Source of the DNA: a bacterium
Lineage (GTDB): Bacteria > Patescibacteriota > Minisyncoccia > UBA6257 > WO2-44-18
Length of the DNA: 64,000 nt
Direction: 5' to 3'
NCBI GenBank assembly: GCA_030646995.1
Contig: JAUSKF010000006.1
Span: 8,624 to 72,623 of the forward strand
Shown here: positions 18,734 through 28,421 of the stretch, piece after piece
Layout: each line of letters begins with the position of its first letter
Position numbering within the stretch: position 1 is the stretch's first letter
The notes under the pieces: model-generated
Databases searched by the model: none
The model's input: the letters and a program-made list of their open reading frames with translations, nothing else
What the model was told of the DNA's origin: nothing
Position numbers and translations under genes: made by a program

Positions 18734-19837
18734 ATGCGCCTATTATTTATTACTCAAAAAGTTGATAAGAACGATGACGTGCTTGGCGTCTATCACCGTT
18801 GGATAGAGAAGCTTGCCGCAAAAACCGAAAAAATAAATGTTATCTGTTTGTATAAAGGAAAAGTGGAGATGCCCGGCAATGTAGTGGTCCATTCTCTGGG
18901 CAAAGAGCTGACGGGGCATAATCGTTTCCGATATCTTGGGAACTTTTTCCGGTTAGTTTGGAAATTGCGTTCGGAGTATGATGTTGTCTTTGTCCACATG
19001 AACCCGGAGTATGTGATTCTGGCGGGGTGGCTCTGGCGGATGTTGGGCAAGCGCGTGGTTCTTTGGTATGCCCACTATTTATCCAACTTGAAATTGCGGA
19101 TTGCCGCCATATTCCCGAATATTATCGTCACCTCTACTCGTCGAGCCTTTCCTTATGCCAGTAAAAAATTAATAGTGTTGCAGCAGGGCATAGATACGGG
19201 AAATTTTTCTTCGCTTCCTCGGCCCGTGTCCTCCGAAGGAGGATCCGCCTCCGGCGGAAAGGACGCCGCAGTTGTTAAGTTTTTGTTTTTGGGTCGGATC
19301 GCTCCGGTAAAGAAGCTGGAGGTATTGGTCCGCGCGATACAGTTGGCTTCCCAGAGAATTAACGCGCGATTGTCGGTGGTGGGATCGCCGACGGCCGGCA
19401 AGCCGGTGGAGGCGGAATATTTAAGGGAGGTTCAGAAATTAGTTTCCGGGTTGGGCCTGTCGGGCCGGATAGGTTTTGAAAAGCCGGTTGCTAATATTCT
19501 CACTCCGGAGATTTATCGGAAGCATGATATTTTCGTGAACCTGACCGTGACCGGAAGCTTTGATAAAAGCACTCTGGAAGCGATGGCGTGTGGATCTCCG
19601 ATTTTGGTAAGCAACTTGGCCTTTCGGGATGTTCTGCCTGAAGATTTACAGAGCTTATTGATGTTCCAAGAGGGCGATCATCGGGATTTAGCCGAGCAAA
19701 TGGTCAAATTAGCTGCTTTGTCGGCTCAAGATAGGGAGGCAATAGGGGGCCGGTTGCGTGATATTATAGTTGAGAAGCACGGACTAGATGGTTTGGTGGA
19801 TAAATTGTATAGTGCCCTTTCAGCCAATGATAATTAA
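18734..19837 (+). CDS. Glycosyltransferase family 4
   Basis: FLGRIAPVKKLE; GSFDKSTLEAMACG. Confidence 0.88.
   Translation: MRLLFITQKVDKNDDVLGVYHRWIEKLAAKTEKINVICLYKGKVEMPGNVVVHSLGKELTGHNRFRYLGNFFRLVWKLRSEYDVVFVHMNPEYVILAGWLWRMLGKRVVLWYAHYLSNLKLRIAAIFPNIIVTSTRRAFPYASKKLIVLQQGIDTGNFSSLPRPVSSEGGSASGGKDAAVVKFLFLGRIAPVKKLEVLVRAIQLASQRINARLSVVGSPTAGKPVEAEYLREVQKLVSGLGLSGRIGFEKPVANILTPEIYRKHDIFVNLTVTGSFDKSTLEAMACGSPILVSNLAFRDVLPEDLQSLLMFQEGDHRDLAEQMVKLAALSAQDREAIGGRLRDIIVEKHGLDGLVDKLYSALSANDN
19229..19258. repeat. 30-bp twin-hairpin (REP-like) element, in frame within the GT4 gene
   Basis: TCCTCC-gaa-GGAGGA followed by TCCGCC-tcc-GGCGGA; encodes SSEGGSASGG. Confidence 0.8.
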
Positions 19838-21224
19838 TGCTTCGGACCAGAAACACTCCTTGTTGCACTACTTCTTTAAGGGCGAGGCCCTGAAGAGGTT
19901 TTTTGATACGCTGGCGACCGGCATCGGGTTAATCAATTCCTACTTCATCATCAGCACTCTCTCCGTTTTCCACTTCGGTTTGTATCAGTTAGTACTATCT
20001 TTCATAGCCATACTGGACGGCTTCAGTTTGGATGTGATGGATGGAGTGGTAGTGGTAGATATGCGTAGTTATCTTAATAAAGGTTTGAGGGGAGCCGCTA
20101 AAAAACTTTATTTGGCGTATATAAAGTTGAAACTTGGAATCTCTATCATGATGGCGGTCGGCGCTTTTTTCCTTTCCGGCATAATTGCCAAGTCTTATAG
20201 CGAGGACATCGGACTGCTGATAAAGATCGCCAGCTTGCTGCTGATATTCAGATCCCTTCAATCATTGGAGTCGTTGATTCTGAAAGTGATAATGAACTTT
20301 ACTTATTGGAGTTATCCGGCCGTGCGCGAGGTCGCCAAGTTGGGTCTTATTATATTTTTGTTGGTTACGAGTGGAAGTTTTTCAATAGTTCAACTGCTGA
20401 CCGCCCACGTTATAGCCGATGGCGTGGCGGTGCTGTTTCTGACCTTGGTTTTGTTTTGGAGGAATTTTTATAAGGTATTTCACGGGGTCGTTAGCGATGC
20501 CGAGAACCACTTGTGGGGGGTAATCAAAACATATGGCCATTGGACGGTTTTGCGTTATGTTTTTTCCAAGATCAGCAAAAATGTCACACCCTGGTTCTTG
20601 AAGTTCTTTATTAACACAGAGGCGGTCGCTTTTTATTCGTTAGCGATCAATCTCATAGCCTTTATCGAGAATCTATTTCCTCTGGATGGGCTTTCCCCGA
20701 TCCTGGCTCTTAAGTCGGACAATCGGGGGGAAATTAGCTTTATCTTCAAGAGGGCGGTTAAGTACGCTTTTTGGTTGGGAATGATTCTAATGGTAGTGAG
20801 TTTTATCTTCGTGCCTCCGGTGGTGACGTTTATTTTCCCCAAGTATCAGCCGGCCATGCCCATCTTCAAGGTAATGATTTTGGCTTTGCCTATTTTCGGA
20901 TTCTATAAGATTCTTAAGGCTACTTTGACGGTTTTGAAAGAGCAGAGAGTGCTAACGATGCGTCTACTGAACGAATCATTGATGGTGCCGCTGGGTTTGA
21001 CTATCTTCCTGCCAATCTTTAAATTGGCGGGAGCTGGCGCGGCATACGCTATGGCTTACGTAGAAAGAGTTTGGTTCTTTTATTCCCAGCTGATTAAGAA
21101 ATATCCGGAATTTCGGATTAAGATTCGGCAGTTCTTCAAGATTGATGAATATGACCGCGAAATTTTTCGTCGTACGATCCGGCGTCCTTTGCAGGCGATT
21201 AAAGAATTGCGAAAAAATAAATAA
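19827..21224 (+). CDS. Oligosaccharide flippase (Wzx/MOP superfamily)
   Basis: Many TM helices; FGLYQLV, EAVAFYSLA and FPKYQPAMPIF patterns; glycan-locus context; start uncertain. Confidence 0.8.
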   Translation: MIINASDQKHSLLHYFFKGEALKRFFDTLATGIGLINSYFIISTLSVFHFGLYQLVLSFIAILDGFSLDVMDGVVVVDMRSYLNKGLRGAAKKLYLAYIKLKLGISIMMAVGAFFLSGIIAKSYSEDIGLLIKIASLLLIFRSLQSLESLILKVIMNFTYWSYPAVREVAKLGLIIFLLVTSGSFSIVQLLTAHVIADGVAVLFLTLVLFWRNFYKVFHGVVSDAENHLWGVIKTYGHWTVLRYVFSKISKNVTPWFLKFFINTEAVAFYSLAINLIAFIENLFPLDGLSPILALKSDNRGEISFIFKRAVKYAFWLGMILMVVSFIFVPPVVTFIFPKYQPAMPIFKVMILALPIFGFYKILKATLTVLKEQRVLTMRLLNESLMVPLGLTIFLPIFKLAGAGAAYAMAYVERVWFFYSQLIKKYPEFRIKIRQFFKIDEYDREIFRRTIRRPLQAIKELRKNK

Positions 21225-22570
21225 TGCAAACCAAAACCGTTTTTATATCCTGTTTTTTTAATCTGGTGGCGCGCAATGTTTTGGAAACCAGTTTTTTTCA
21301 AAAATTGCGCAGCCGTACCGATTTGAAGATTGTTCTTCTTGCTCCGCAGGGCAAAGGAGATTTTTTTCGTAAGGAATTTGGTGGATCGAATGTGGCGGTG
21401 GAGGAGGTGCCGACGCGTCCGATGTCCAAACCTGGTCTTTTGTTTCACTTGTTGGCGTGGAATTTATTAAGAACAAAGAGCAAGGAGATACACCGCTTTG
21501 TTCAGTTAGGAAAGGACCGTAATTATGCGCGATATTTTTTCACGTCGGCCATGAATTGGTTTGGTGGTCGGCCGCTTATTCGCCGAGCGTTTCGTTATTT
21601 CGATGCCTTTATGCCTAGCGGTGGCTTTGACTATCTTTTTGATCGTTATCGGCCAGATTTGGTGTTTGCCACAGATATTCAAGATCTACGTGTGCAGGAG
21701 TTAAGCGATACCGCGCTTATCCGGGCCGCTCGGCGACGGGGAGTGAACAGCGTGGGTATGTCGCGCTCGTGGGACAGCATGACCACTAAGGGGTTGCTGC
21801 GCACCCTGCCCGATTTGTTAGTAGTTCAAACAGACAATATCAAAAGCCAGGCAGTCGCCTACCACAGCGTCCCCGCTGATCGTGTGGTCGTAGTCGGCGT
21901 GCCACACTATGATTCCTATATAACCGGTACTCGGACATCCCGAGAAGATTTTTTCAAAAGGATCGGGTTGGATCCGGCTAAAAAACTTATATTTTTTGCC
22001 CCACCCAGCGATATTTGGACCGGCGACAAGTCTTTGAACCCATTTTTATTCAAAACGATCGCTTCCATTGGGGAGCAAGTGGTCGCCCGCTTTCCTATAT
22101 TTGGAGAGTTGGACCTAGGGGATTTCGCGCGACCCGCTAATATGGTTTTTGACCGACCAACCAACTCGGATAATTTAGCGGAGGCTTTATTAGCGAAAAA
22201 AGACGATGCCCACTTTGCTAATCTTCTCTACCACAGCGATGTAGTAGTTACTGGGCCGTCGAGTGTGATCTTAGATGCTTCTCTATTCAATAAGCCAACG
22301 ATCTTGATCGGTTTTGATGGAGAAAAAATAAAGCCCTATTGGCAAAGATTGAGTCGATATTATGATTACGAACACCAGGATGCGGCGATCAGGTTAGGCG
22401 AGCTTAGGGTCGCCAAAAGCCGGGGAGAGCTGGTAGAGTATATAAAAGAAGGTCTTAGTCAGCCTAAGCGCGGAGAAGAGGGTCGTCGACGGTTAGCAAA
22501 TAGTTTCTGCCAGGATTTAGACGGAAGATCCGGGGAGCGTTTGGCGGCAGCGATCACTGATAATCTATGA
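21224..22570 (+). CDS. TagF/CDP-glycerophosphotransferase-like GT-B protein, paralog 1
   Basis: SWDSMTTKG, VGVPHYD, HSDVVVT, DASLFNKP. Confidence 0.7.
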   Translation: MQTKTVFISCFFNLVARNVLETSFFQKLRSRTDLKIVLLAPQGKGDFFRKEFGGSNVAVEEVPTRPMSKPGLLFHLLAWNLLRTKSKEIHRFVQLGKDRNYARYFFTSAMNWFGGRPLIRRAFRYFDAFMPSGGFDYLFDRYRPDLVFATDIQDLRVQELSDTALIRAARRRGVNSVGMSRSWDSMTTKGLLRTLPDLLVVQTDNIKSQAVAYHSVPADRVVVVGVPHYDSYITGTRTSREDFFKRIGLDPAKKLIFFAPPSDIWTGDKSLNPFLFKTIASIGEQVVARFPIFGELDLGDFARPANMVFDRPTNSDNLAEALLAKKDDAHFANLLYHSDVVVTGPSSVILDASLFNKPTILIGFDGEKIKPYWQRLSRYYDYEHQDAAIRLGELRVAKSRGELVEYIKEGLSQPKRGEEGRRRLANSFCQDLDGRSGERLAAAITDNL

Positions 22571-23256
22571 AATATTTGAGCCCCGAAGATATAAAGAATT
22601 CTCCAGATGAGTTGATGGCGCTACAACAGCACGCTAGCTGGGATATCCGTAGTGGCCGGGCTTTAAGCTTGGTCCAGCGGTATGTCCCCGATAAAGATGG
22701 AGCGATTTTGGATTGCGCCTCTGCTAGCGGCGGATTTTTGTTACAGTTGGCGAAAAACGGCTATTCCAACGTCAACGGATTGGATATTGACGACTATCGC
22801 CAGCCGGAAGCGAAGAAATTTAATTTCAAAACAGGCGATGTTTGTCTGCAACCGATACCTTGGCCGGACCATTCCTTTGACGCAGTAGTTTCTTTGCAGA
22901 CCATAGAGCATTTGGAGAATCCATATTATTTTGTTCGTGAGGTAAGTCGGGTTTTAAAGCCCGGCGGTATTTTTACTGTTTCTATGCCGAATCCATTTCA
23001 TATTTTAAATCGCCTGCTCTTTTTATCCCGCGGCAATCTATATCATTGGCTGGAAAGTGACAATCACATCACCTTTTTTACTAAAGCGACTTTTAAAAAG
23101 GCATTTTTGAATAATTTTAAATTGTTGGAGATGGGTTATTCCAAGCCGGAGTTTAAGTACCACATCTTCAGCCGCCTACGAGCTTTTTGGAAGATTTTGC
23201 CCGCAAATCAGTGGTTTGGCCGCTATACTTATTTTGTATTGAAGAACAAGGAATAA
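22567..23256 (+). CDS. Class I SAM-dependent methyltransferase
   Basis: ILDCASASG; SFDAVVSLQTIEHL; RVLKPGG. Confidence 0.88.
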   Translation: MKYLSPEDIKNSPDELMALQQHASWDIRSGRALSLVQRYVPDKDGAILDCASASGGFLLQLAKNGYSNVNGLDIDDYRQPEAKKFNFKTGDVCLQPIPWPDHSFDAVVSLQTIEHLENPYYFVREVSRVLKPGGIFTVSMPNPFHILNRLLFLSRGNLYHWLESDNHITFFTKATFKKAFLNNFKLLEMGYSKPEFKYHIFSRLRAFWKILPANQWFGRYTYFVLKNKE

Positions 23257-23340
23257 GATTTCAGGATGATTGACTGATCCGCCTCTTTATCTTAAATTGT
23301 GGCTAGTTGTTTTATATCAGTTTTTTAAAGGAAATCAAAA

Positions 23341-24498
23341 TTGCGCAGAAAAATTTGTGTGTTCTCCGGTAAGCGCGGTGGATTCGGGGCTTATCTGAAC
23401 TTGATGCGTTTAATCGAGAATGATCCTGATCTAGAATTGCAGATCATTTTGAGCGATATGCACGCTTCCGATAAATTCGGAGCGACCGCAAAAGAGGTGA
23501 AAGGATTTTTCCCTAACGTAGATATGGAAGTGGTTCCGATGAATTCCTCCAGCTCAGATTCTCCGGTGGCTCGCGCAACGAATCTTGGTGCCTGCCTAGA
23601 AGGCTTGGCTCCGGCGCTCGAGCGTCTTAAGCCGAATATTCTGATGGTGCACGGAGATCGCGGAGAACATTTGATGGCAGCATTTGCAGCTCTCAATCTT
23701 GGCATCCCCGTTACTCACACCCAAGGAGGCGAGACTTCCGGAAACATCGATGATGTTCAGCGTCATGCGATTACCAAGTTGGCACATTTGCATTTTCCGG
23801 AAACAGAGAAGGCAGCCCAGAAGATCCGCGCACTTGGAGAAGATGATTGGAGAATCCGAGTTGTCGGGTCTTTGTATATCGATCGGATCGTGGGAAAGCA
23901 GTACTCCGATGTCGGTGAGATGAAGAAGCGTTATGATGCGCCCGGTGAGTACGTTCTCGTGTTGTATCATCCCGACACCTTTCTTACCCCTGCCGAGAAT
24001 CGACAAGTGATGACGGACATCCTGGTTGCGGTTATGCACGTATGGAGGATTAGGACGATCGTCGTTCATCCTTGCTCTGATCCCGGTCATGAGGAAGTGA
24101 TTAGCACAATCAACGCCGCGAAAAAAGAAGACGTTTTTGACCACCTTCGGGTTTACAAGAACATCGATAACTTAGACTTCTTGGGGTTGATGGCCGGTGC
24201 CAGTGCCCTGATTGGAAATTCTTCCGCCGCCTTGGTCGAGGCTCCTTATTTTCATCTGCCGGCAGTCAATGTCGGAGATCGGCAGCGAGGGCGTGATCAC
24301 GAGCTGAACATCATCAACTCCGCAACGGAAATAAATTCCATCGTGAACGCCGTGGGTAAGGCGATCAACCCCTCTGGCGATTTGCGGGATATTTTGAAGA
24401 GTTGTGGGCAGAGATTGGGCGATGGGCATGCCTCCGAAAAGATTTTTGCGGCTCTGAAAGCAGTAGAGATCAACGAAAAACTTTTGCGTAAAAGTTAA
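23341..24498 (+). CDS. neuC: UDP-GlcNAc 2-epimerase (hydrolysing), NeuC/LegG family
   Basis: HGDRGE, HTQGGETSGNIDD, RHAITKLAHLHF, IGNSSA, GDRQRGR, GDGHASEKI; TTG start after AAGGAA. Confidence 0.9.
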   Translation: MRRKICVFSGKRGGFGAYLNLMRLIENDPDLELQIILSDMHASDKFGATAKEVKGFFPNVDMEVVPMNSSSSDSPVARATNLGACLEGLAPALERLKPNILMVHGDRGEHLMAAFAALNLGIPVTHTQGGETSGNIDDVQRHAITKLAHLHFPETEKAAQKIRALGEDDWRIRVVGSLYIDRIVGKQYSDVGEMKKRYDAPGEYVLVLYHPDTFLTPAENRQVMTDILVAVMHVWRIRTIVVHPCSDPGHEEVISTINAAKKEDVFDHLRVYKNIDNLDFLGLMAGASALIGNSSAALVEAPYFHLPAVNVGDRQRGRDHELNIINSATEINSIVNAVGKAINPSGDLRDILKSCGQRLGDGHASEKIFAALKAVEINEKLLRKS

Positions 24499-24522
24499 CC
24501 CGGCTAGAAAGGCCGGGTTTTT
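24497..24522 (+). terminator. Intrinsic terminator after neuC
   Basis: AACCCGGCT-agaaa-GGCCGGGTT plus T-tract. Confidence 0.75.
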
Positions 24523-24570
24523 AATTTGTTGTAAAATAATGCGTGCGCAGTTATATTGAGATTGGTTTAC

Positions 24571-25284
24571 ATGATAAATTATGAACATAGTGCCGTTGCG
24601 ATTATTCCTGCTCGTGGCGGATCCAAGGGGCTACCGGGCAAGAATACTAAGTTATTAGCCGGAAAGCCGCTGATCGCCTACAGCATTGAAGCAGCCAAAA
24701 AAAGCCGGTTCGTTAGTCGGGTAATCGTCACCACCGACGATCCAAAGATAGCGGAAGTTGCCAAGGCCGCGGGTGCCGAAGTCCCCTTTTTGCGTCCGGC
24801 GGAGATAGCCCAAGACAGCACCCCGATGTTGCCGGTGGTCCGCCATACCCTAGAATGGTTACAGCAAAATGAAAATTTTGCGCCGGAATTTGTGTTGATG
24901 ATCCAGCCGACTTCTCCATTCGTGAAAACTGAGCAGATAGATGCTCTATTCGAACTTTTGGTTTCCAAAGGAGCTGATTCAGGAATTACTACTATCGAAT
25001 TGCCGCGCCCATTCCATCCATATCACGTGCGCCATCTCACCGAGAGCGGGTATTTAGAATTTGATCAACCGGAATTACATTATCAGCACCCGACTAGGCA
25101 ATCCGATCCGAAACGCTACGCCTTCGCGAGCGTTTATTGGTTCAATCGTGACCTTTTTCTGAAAGAAAATAAAATTGAACCGGGTAAAAGAGTAGGTTTA
25201 CCGGTGGACCCGGCAACCGCGCACGATATCAACAATGCTTTTGATTGGGAAATAGCGGAAGTCCTGGTTAAGAAATACGGCTAG
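24571..25284 (+). CDS. neuA: Acylneuraminate (nonulosonate) cytidylyltransferase
   Basis: IIPARGGSKGLPGKN, VPFLRP, QPTSPF, DIN. Confidence 0.92.
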   Translation: MINYEHSAVAIIPARGGSKGLPGKNTKLLAGKPLIAYSIEAAKKSRFVSRVIVTTDDPKIAEVAKAAGAEVPFLRPAEIAQDSTPMLPVVRHTLEWLQQNENFAPEFVLMIQPTSPFVKTEQIDALFELLVSKGADSGITTIELPRPFHPYHVRHLTESGYLEFDQPELHYQHPTRQSDPKRYAFASVYWFNRDLFLKENKIEPGKRVGLPVDPATAHDINNAFDWEIAEVLVKKYG

Positions 25285-25294
25285 AGCCATATTT

Positions 25295-26191
25295 ATGGAA
25301 CCCACAAAAGAGCAGTATATAATTGTTGCCTATCACTATGTAAGGGATCCGGATCCCAAATGGACCGGTATTCATTCTTGCTCAATTCGCGAATTTGATC
25401 GGCAGATCAAGCTTCTGTCGGAGCAATTCAAGATTGTTTCCGTTTCCGAAGTGGCCGAAGCGGCCCGACAGGCACGGGCTGGGAAGTTTTGCGCAATAAC
25501 TTTTGACGATGGACTTTTGGATAATTATCAGAATGCTCTGCCTGTATTGGAAAAATATGGAGCGAAGGCCACCTTTTTTATAATCACCTCGGTTTTTGAC
25601 GGTGGAGTGCCTCTTACTCACAAACTGCATGCTCTTTTCTCTCAGGCTTCTGCCGGCGAGTTGATCGATATTTTTAATCAGTGGGCAGCTGGTCGCTATT
25701 CGATTCCAAAAGACAAACGATTGGATCAGCGCCGCGTGCACGGTGATATCCTGACCAATAATTTTAAGGAAACGATGGTGATGTTGGATGAGGATACCCG
25801 TAAGAATTTTTTAGATTTTTGTTTTCAAAAGTTCCGTATCAATGAGCCTCTCCTTAATAAGCAGTTGTTTATGACTCGAGAGCAGGTAGTAGATATGAAG
25901 CGACGCGGTATGATCATTGGCAGTCATTCTCATAGCCATCATTCTTTTGAGTCCTTAAAGGCACCAGAGGCGGAAGATGATGTGTTTAGATCTAATGAGA
26001 GCTTAACGAAATTATTGGGGCGGACGCCTGATGTATTTTGCTACCCGCACGGACGCCATTCCAAGGTGACGCCCGTGATTCTGCAACAAGCCGGTTTTTC
26101 TTATGCGGTAGTCATCGAGCGCCGCGCGGTTTCTAAGAACGACGATTCATTTTTACTTCCTCGTTACGACGCTAATGATCTACGCGCTTAG
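25295..26191 (+). CDS. Polysaccharide deacetylase (CE4), paralog 1
   Basis: YHYV, ITFDDG, GSHSHSH, FCYPHG, LPRYD. Confidence 0.88.
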   Translation: MEPTKEQYIIVAYHYVRDPDPKWTGIHSCSIREFDRQIKLLSEQFKIVSVSEVAEAARQARAGKFCAITFDDGLLDNYQNALPVLEKYGAKATFFIITSVFDGGVPLTHKLHALFSQASAGELIDIFNQWAAGRYSIPKDKRLDQRRVHGDILTNNFKETMVMLDEDTRKNFLDFCFQKFRINEPLLNKQLFMTREQVVDMKRRGMIIGSHSHSHHSFESLKAPEAEDDVFRSNESLTKLLGRTPDVFCYPHGRHSKVTPVILQQAGFSYAVVIERRAVSKNDDSFLLPRYDANDLRA

Positions 26192-26255
26192 TTTTGACTA
26201 TCCCACGTATTTTATTGCATACTACCCCTAGTTGTTTAACAAGAGAGGAGTAGAT

Positions 26256-28343
26256 ATGGCGAGCGATGAGGTTGTTAAACCAAAGCTTGTTTATCTTAGC
26301 GATCTTACGCATACCTACCAGACAGTCGCTCTGAATACGGTTCCCTTTTCTGTTGCCGGATTGGTGTCTTACGCAAAGGCTAAACTCAAAGATTCGCAAG
26401 GTTTTCGGTTCCGCATTTTTAAGTATCCGGAAAAATTGATCACTGCTCTGCTGGAAGCCCCGCCTGATATCTTGTGTTTCAGCAATTACGTCTGGAACCT
26501 GGACCTGGGATATAGCATTGCCGAGCAGGTCAAGAAGGACCATCCGGAGGTCATCGTGATCTTCGGTGGCCCGAACTATCCCACCGATTTCAGCGAACAG
26601 GAGAAATTTCTTGCGGACCATCCGGCGATCGATTTTTATGCCTACAAAGAAGGTGAGATCGGTTTTACGGAACTGCTGGAAAGCCTAGCCACTAAGAATT
26701 TTGATGTTGCTATGGTTAAGGCTCTGAAGCCGCGCAGTTTTCATTACCTACTCGCCGGAGCTTTGGAAGTCGGCTTCTTGGCCGACCGCATCAAAGATTT
26801 GGAGGACATTCCTTCGCCATACCTGACTGGCGAGCTGGATGAGTTTTTCGACGCAACGCTAATCCCGATGATTCAGACTAATCGTGGCTGCCCGTTCACC
26901 TGCACTTTTTGCGTTGAGGGCTTGGGCTACTACAATAAGGTTAATAAGCGTTCGGTGGATACGGTGCGCAAAGAGTTGGAGTACATCGCCGGTCACAAGC
27001 ACCCCAACATCCACGATCTGCATATCGTCGATTCCAATTTCGGAATGTATAAGGAAGACGAGGCGATCGCCGATGCTATCGCGGGAGTACAGGAAAGTCA
27101 CGGCTGGCCGCAATATATCCATGTGGCTACCGGGAAAAACCAAAAGGAGCGCGTTTTGAGGGTTGCGAAGACCATCAACGGCGCTTTGCGGCTGGCCGGT
27201 TCGGTCCAGTCGCTATCGGAAAAAGTTCTCGAGAATATCAAGCGGGGGAATATCTCCGCTGATCAGCTGATGGATCTCGCTCACAAGGCAAAAGAGCTTG
27301 GTAGCAATACCTATTCCGAGATCATCGTGGCTCTGCCCGGTGAGACCAAGGAATCACACTTCGAAACGATCGGTACAATCGTCAACGCCAAATTCAATTG
27401 GGTTAGGATCTATACCCTGATGATGTTGTCGGGCGTGGAGATGTCCAATAATGAAACTCGCAAGAAGTATGAGATGCAGACCCGCTATCGGGTATTGCCT
27501 CGCTGCTTCGGATCATACAAGTTCGGCAACGAATTACTATTGAGCGCCGAGGTGGAAGAGGTTTGTGTGGCGACCAAAGATATGTCGTTTGAAGATTATC
27601 TTGATTGCCGCCTATTCCATCTGACGGTGGAGATTTTCTACAACGACAGCGTCTCTTCCGAGCTGGTGGAATTCCTGAACCTGTTCGGTATCTCGGTTTT
27701 CGACTGGCTGAAGCACATCCATGATCAACGTGATAGTTTCCCCGAACCGCTGAAGAAGATCTACCAGAATTTCTCGAGGTTGAGCCATGAAGAGCTTTGG
27801 GATTCCAAAGAACAGCTTTTGAAATTCACCAAAGACGAGCAGGTAATTCAGAAATACCTAACCGGAGAATACGGCAGCAACCTAATCTTTACCCACAAAG
27901 CGATGGCGATGACCGAAGCCCTGGAGGAGGTGTTGGCCGTTGCTTTCATCAGCGCCCGCTCCATTTTGGGTGGCACGCGACCGGAAACTCTAGGCGAATA
28001 TTCCGATTACCTTTCTAACTTGCAGGTTTACAGTGAGCTGAAGAAGAGAAGTCTCTTTGACGACAAGCTCCTGTCCGGGCCTGGAAATAGTCCGGAATTC
28101 AGCCGCTTGCTCTTCTTTGATTTTTTGGGTCTGGAAAATCAGGGATTCCGGGTTCTGCCCGACAACTTCCGCAAGCCGAACGGAGTGCTGGCAAGCTTCG
28201 TCCATACGGACGATCAGAGGAAGATCATCAAAGACAGTCTGGACCTATATGGCCGGAATATCATCGGCATTGCCCGAGTTCTGAGCAAGGTCCACGTTAC
28301 CAAGATTTACCGTATGTTGGTTCAGAATGATATCGTCGATTAA
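26256..28343 (+). CDS. Cobalamin-binding radical SAM protein
   Basis: B12-binding-type N-domain (FSNYVWN, IFGGPN, KEGE); RGCPFTCTFC CxxxCxxC motif; DSNFG; SD GAGGAG before ATG 26256. Confidence 0.88.
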   Translation: MASDEVVKPKLVYLSDLTHTYQTVALNTVPFSVAGLVSYAKAKLKDSQGFRFRIFKYPEKLITALLEAPPDILCFSNYVWNLDLGYSIAEQVKKDHPEVIVIFGGPNYPTDFSEQEKFLADHPAIDFYAYKEGEIGFTELLESLATKNFDVAMVKALKPRSFHYLLAGALEVGFLADRIKDLEDIPSPYLTGELDEFFDATLIPMIQTNRGCPFTCTFCVEGLGYYNKVNKRSVDTVRKELEYIAGHKHPNIHDLHIVDSNFGMYKEDEAIADAIAGVQESHGWPQYIHVATGKNQKERVLRVAKTINGALRLAGSVQSLSEKVLENIKRGNISADQLMDLAHKAKELGSNTYSEIIVALPGETKESHFETIGTIVNAKFNWVRIYTLMMLSGVEMSNNETRKKYEMQTRYRVLPRCFGSYKFGNELLLSAEVEEVCVATKDMSFEDYLDCRLFHLTVEIFYNDSVSSELVEFLNLFGISVFDWLKHIHDQRDSFPEPLKKIYQNFSRLSHEELWDSKEQLLKFTKDEQVIQKYLTGEYGSNLIFTHKAMAMTEALEEVLAVAFISARSILGGTRPETLGEYSDYLSNLQVYSELKKRSLFDDKLLSGPGNSPEFSRLLFFDFLGLENQGFRVLPDNFRKPNGVLASFVHTDDQRKIIKDSLDLYGRNIIGIARVLSKVHVTKIYRMLVQNDIVD

Positions 28344-28345
28344 CT

Positions 28346-28374
28346 AAAAGAGCCCTTTACTGGGCTCTTTTTTT
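28346..28374 (+). terminator. Intrinsic terminator after the B12 radical SAM gene
   Basis: AAAAGAGCCC-tttact-GGGCTCTTTT plus further Ts. Confidence 0.88.
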
Positions 28375-28421
28375 ACAGTATGCTGGAGGCAGAATTTTGA
28401 CAGCCTCCAAAAGGAGAAAAA

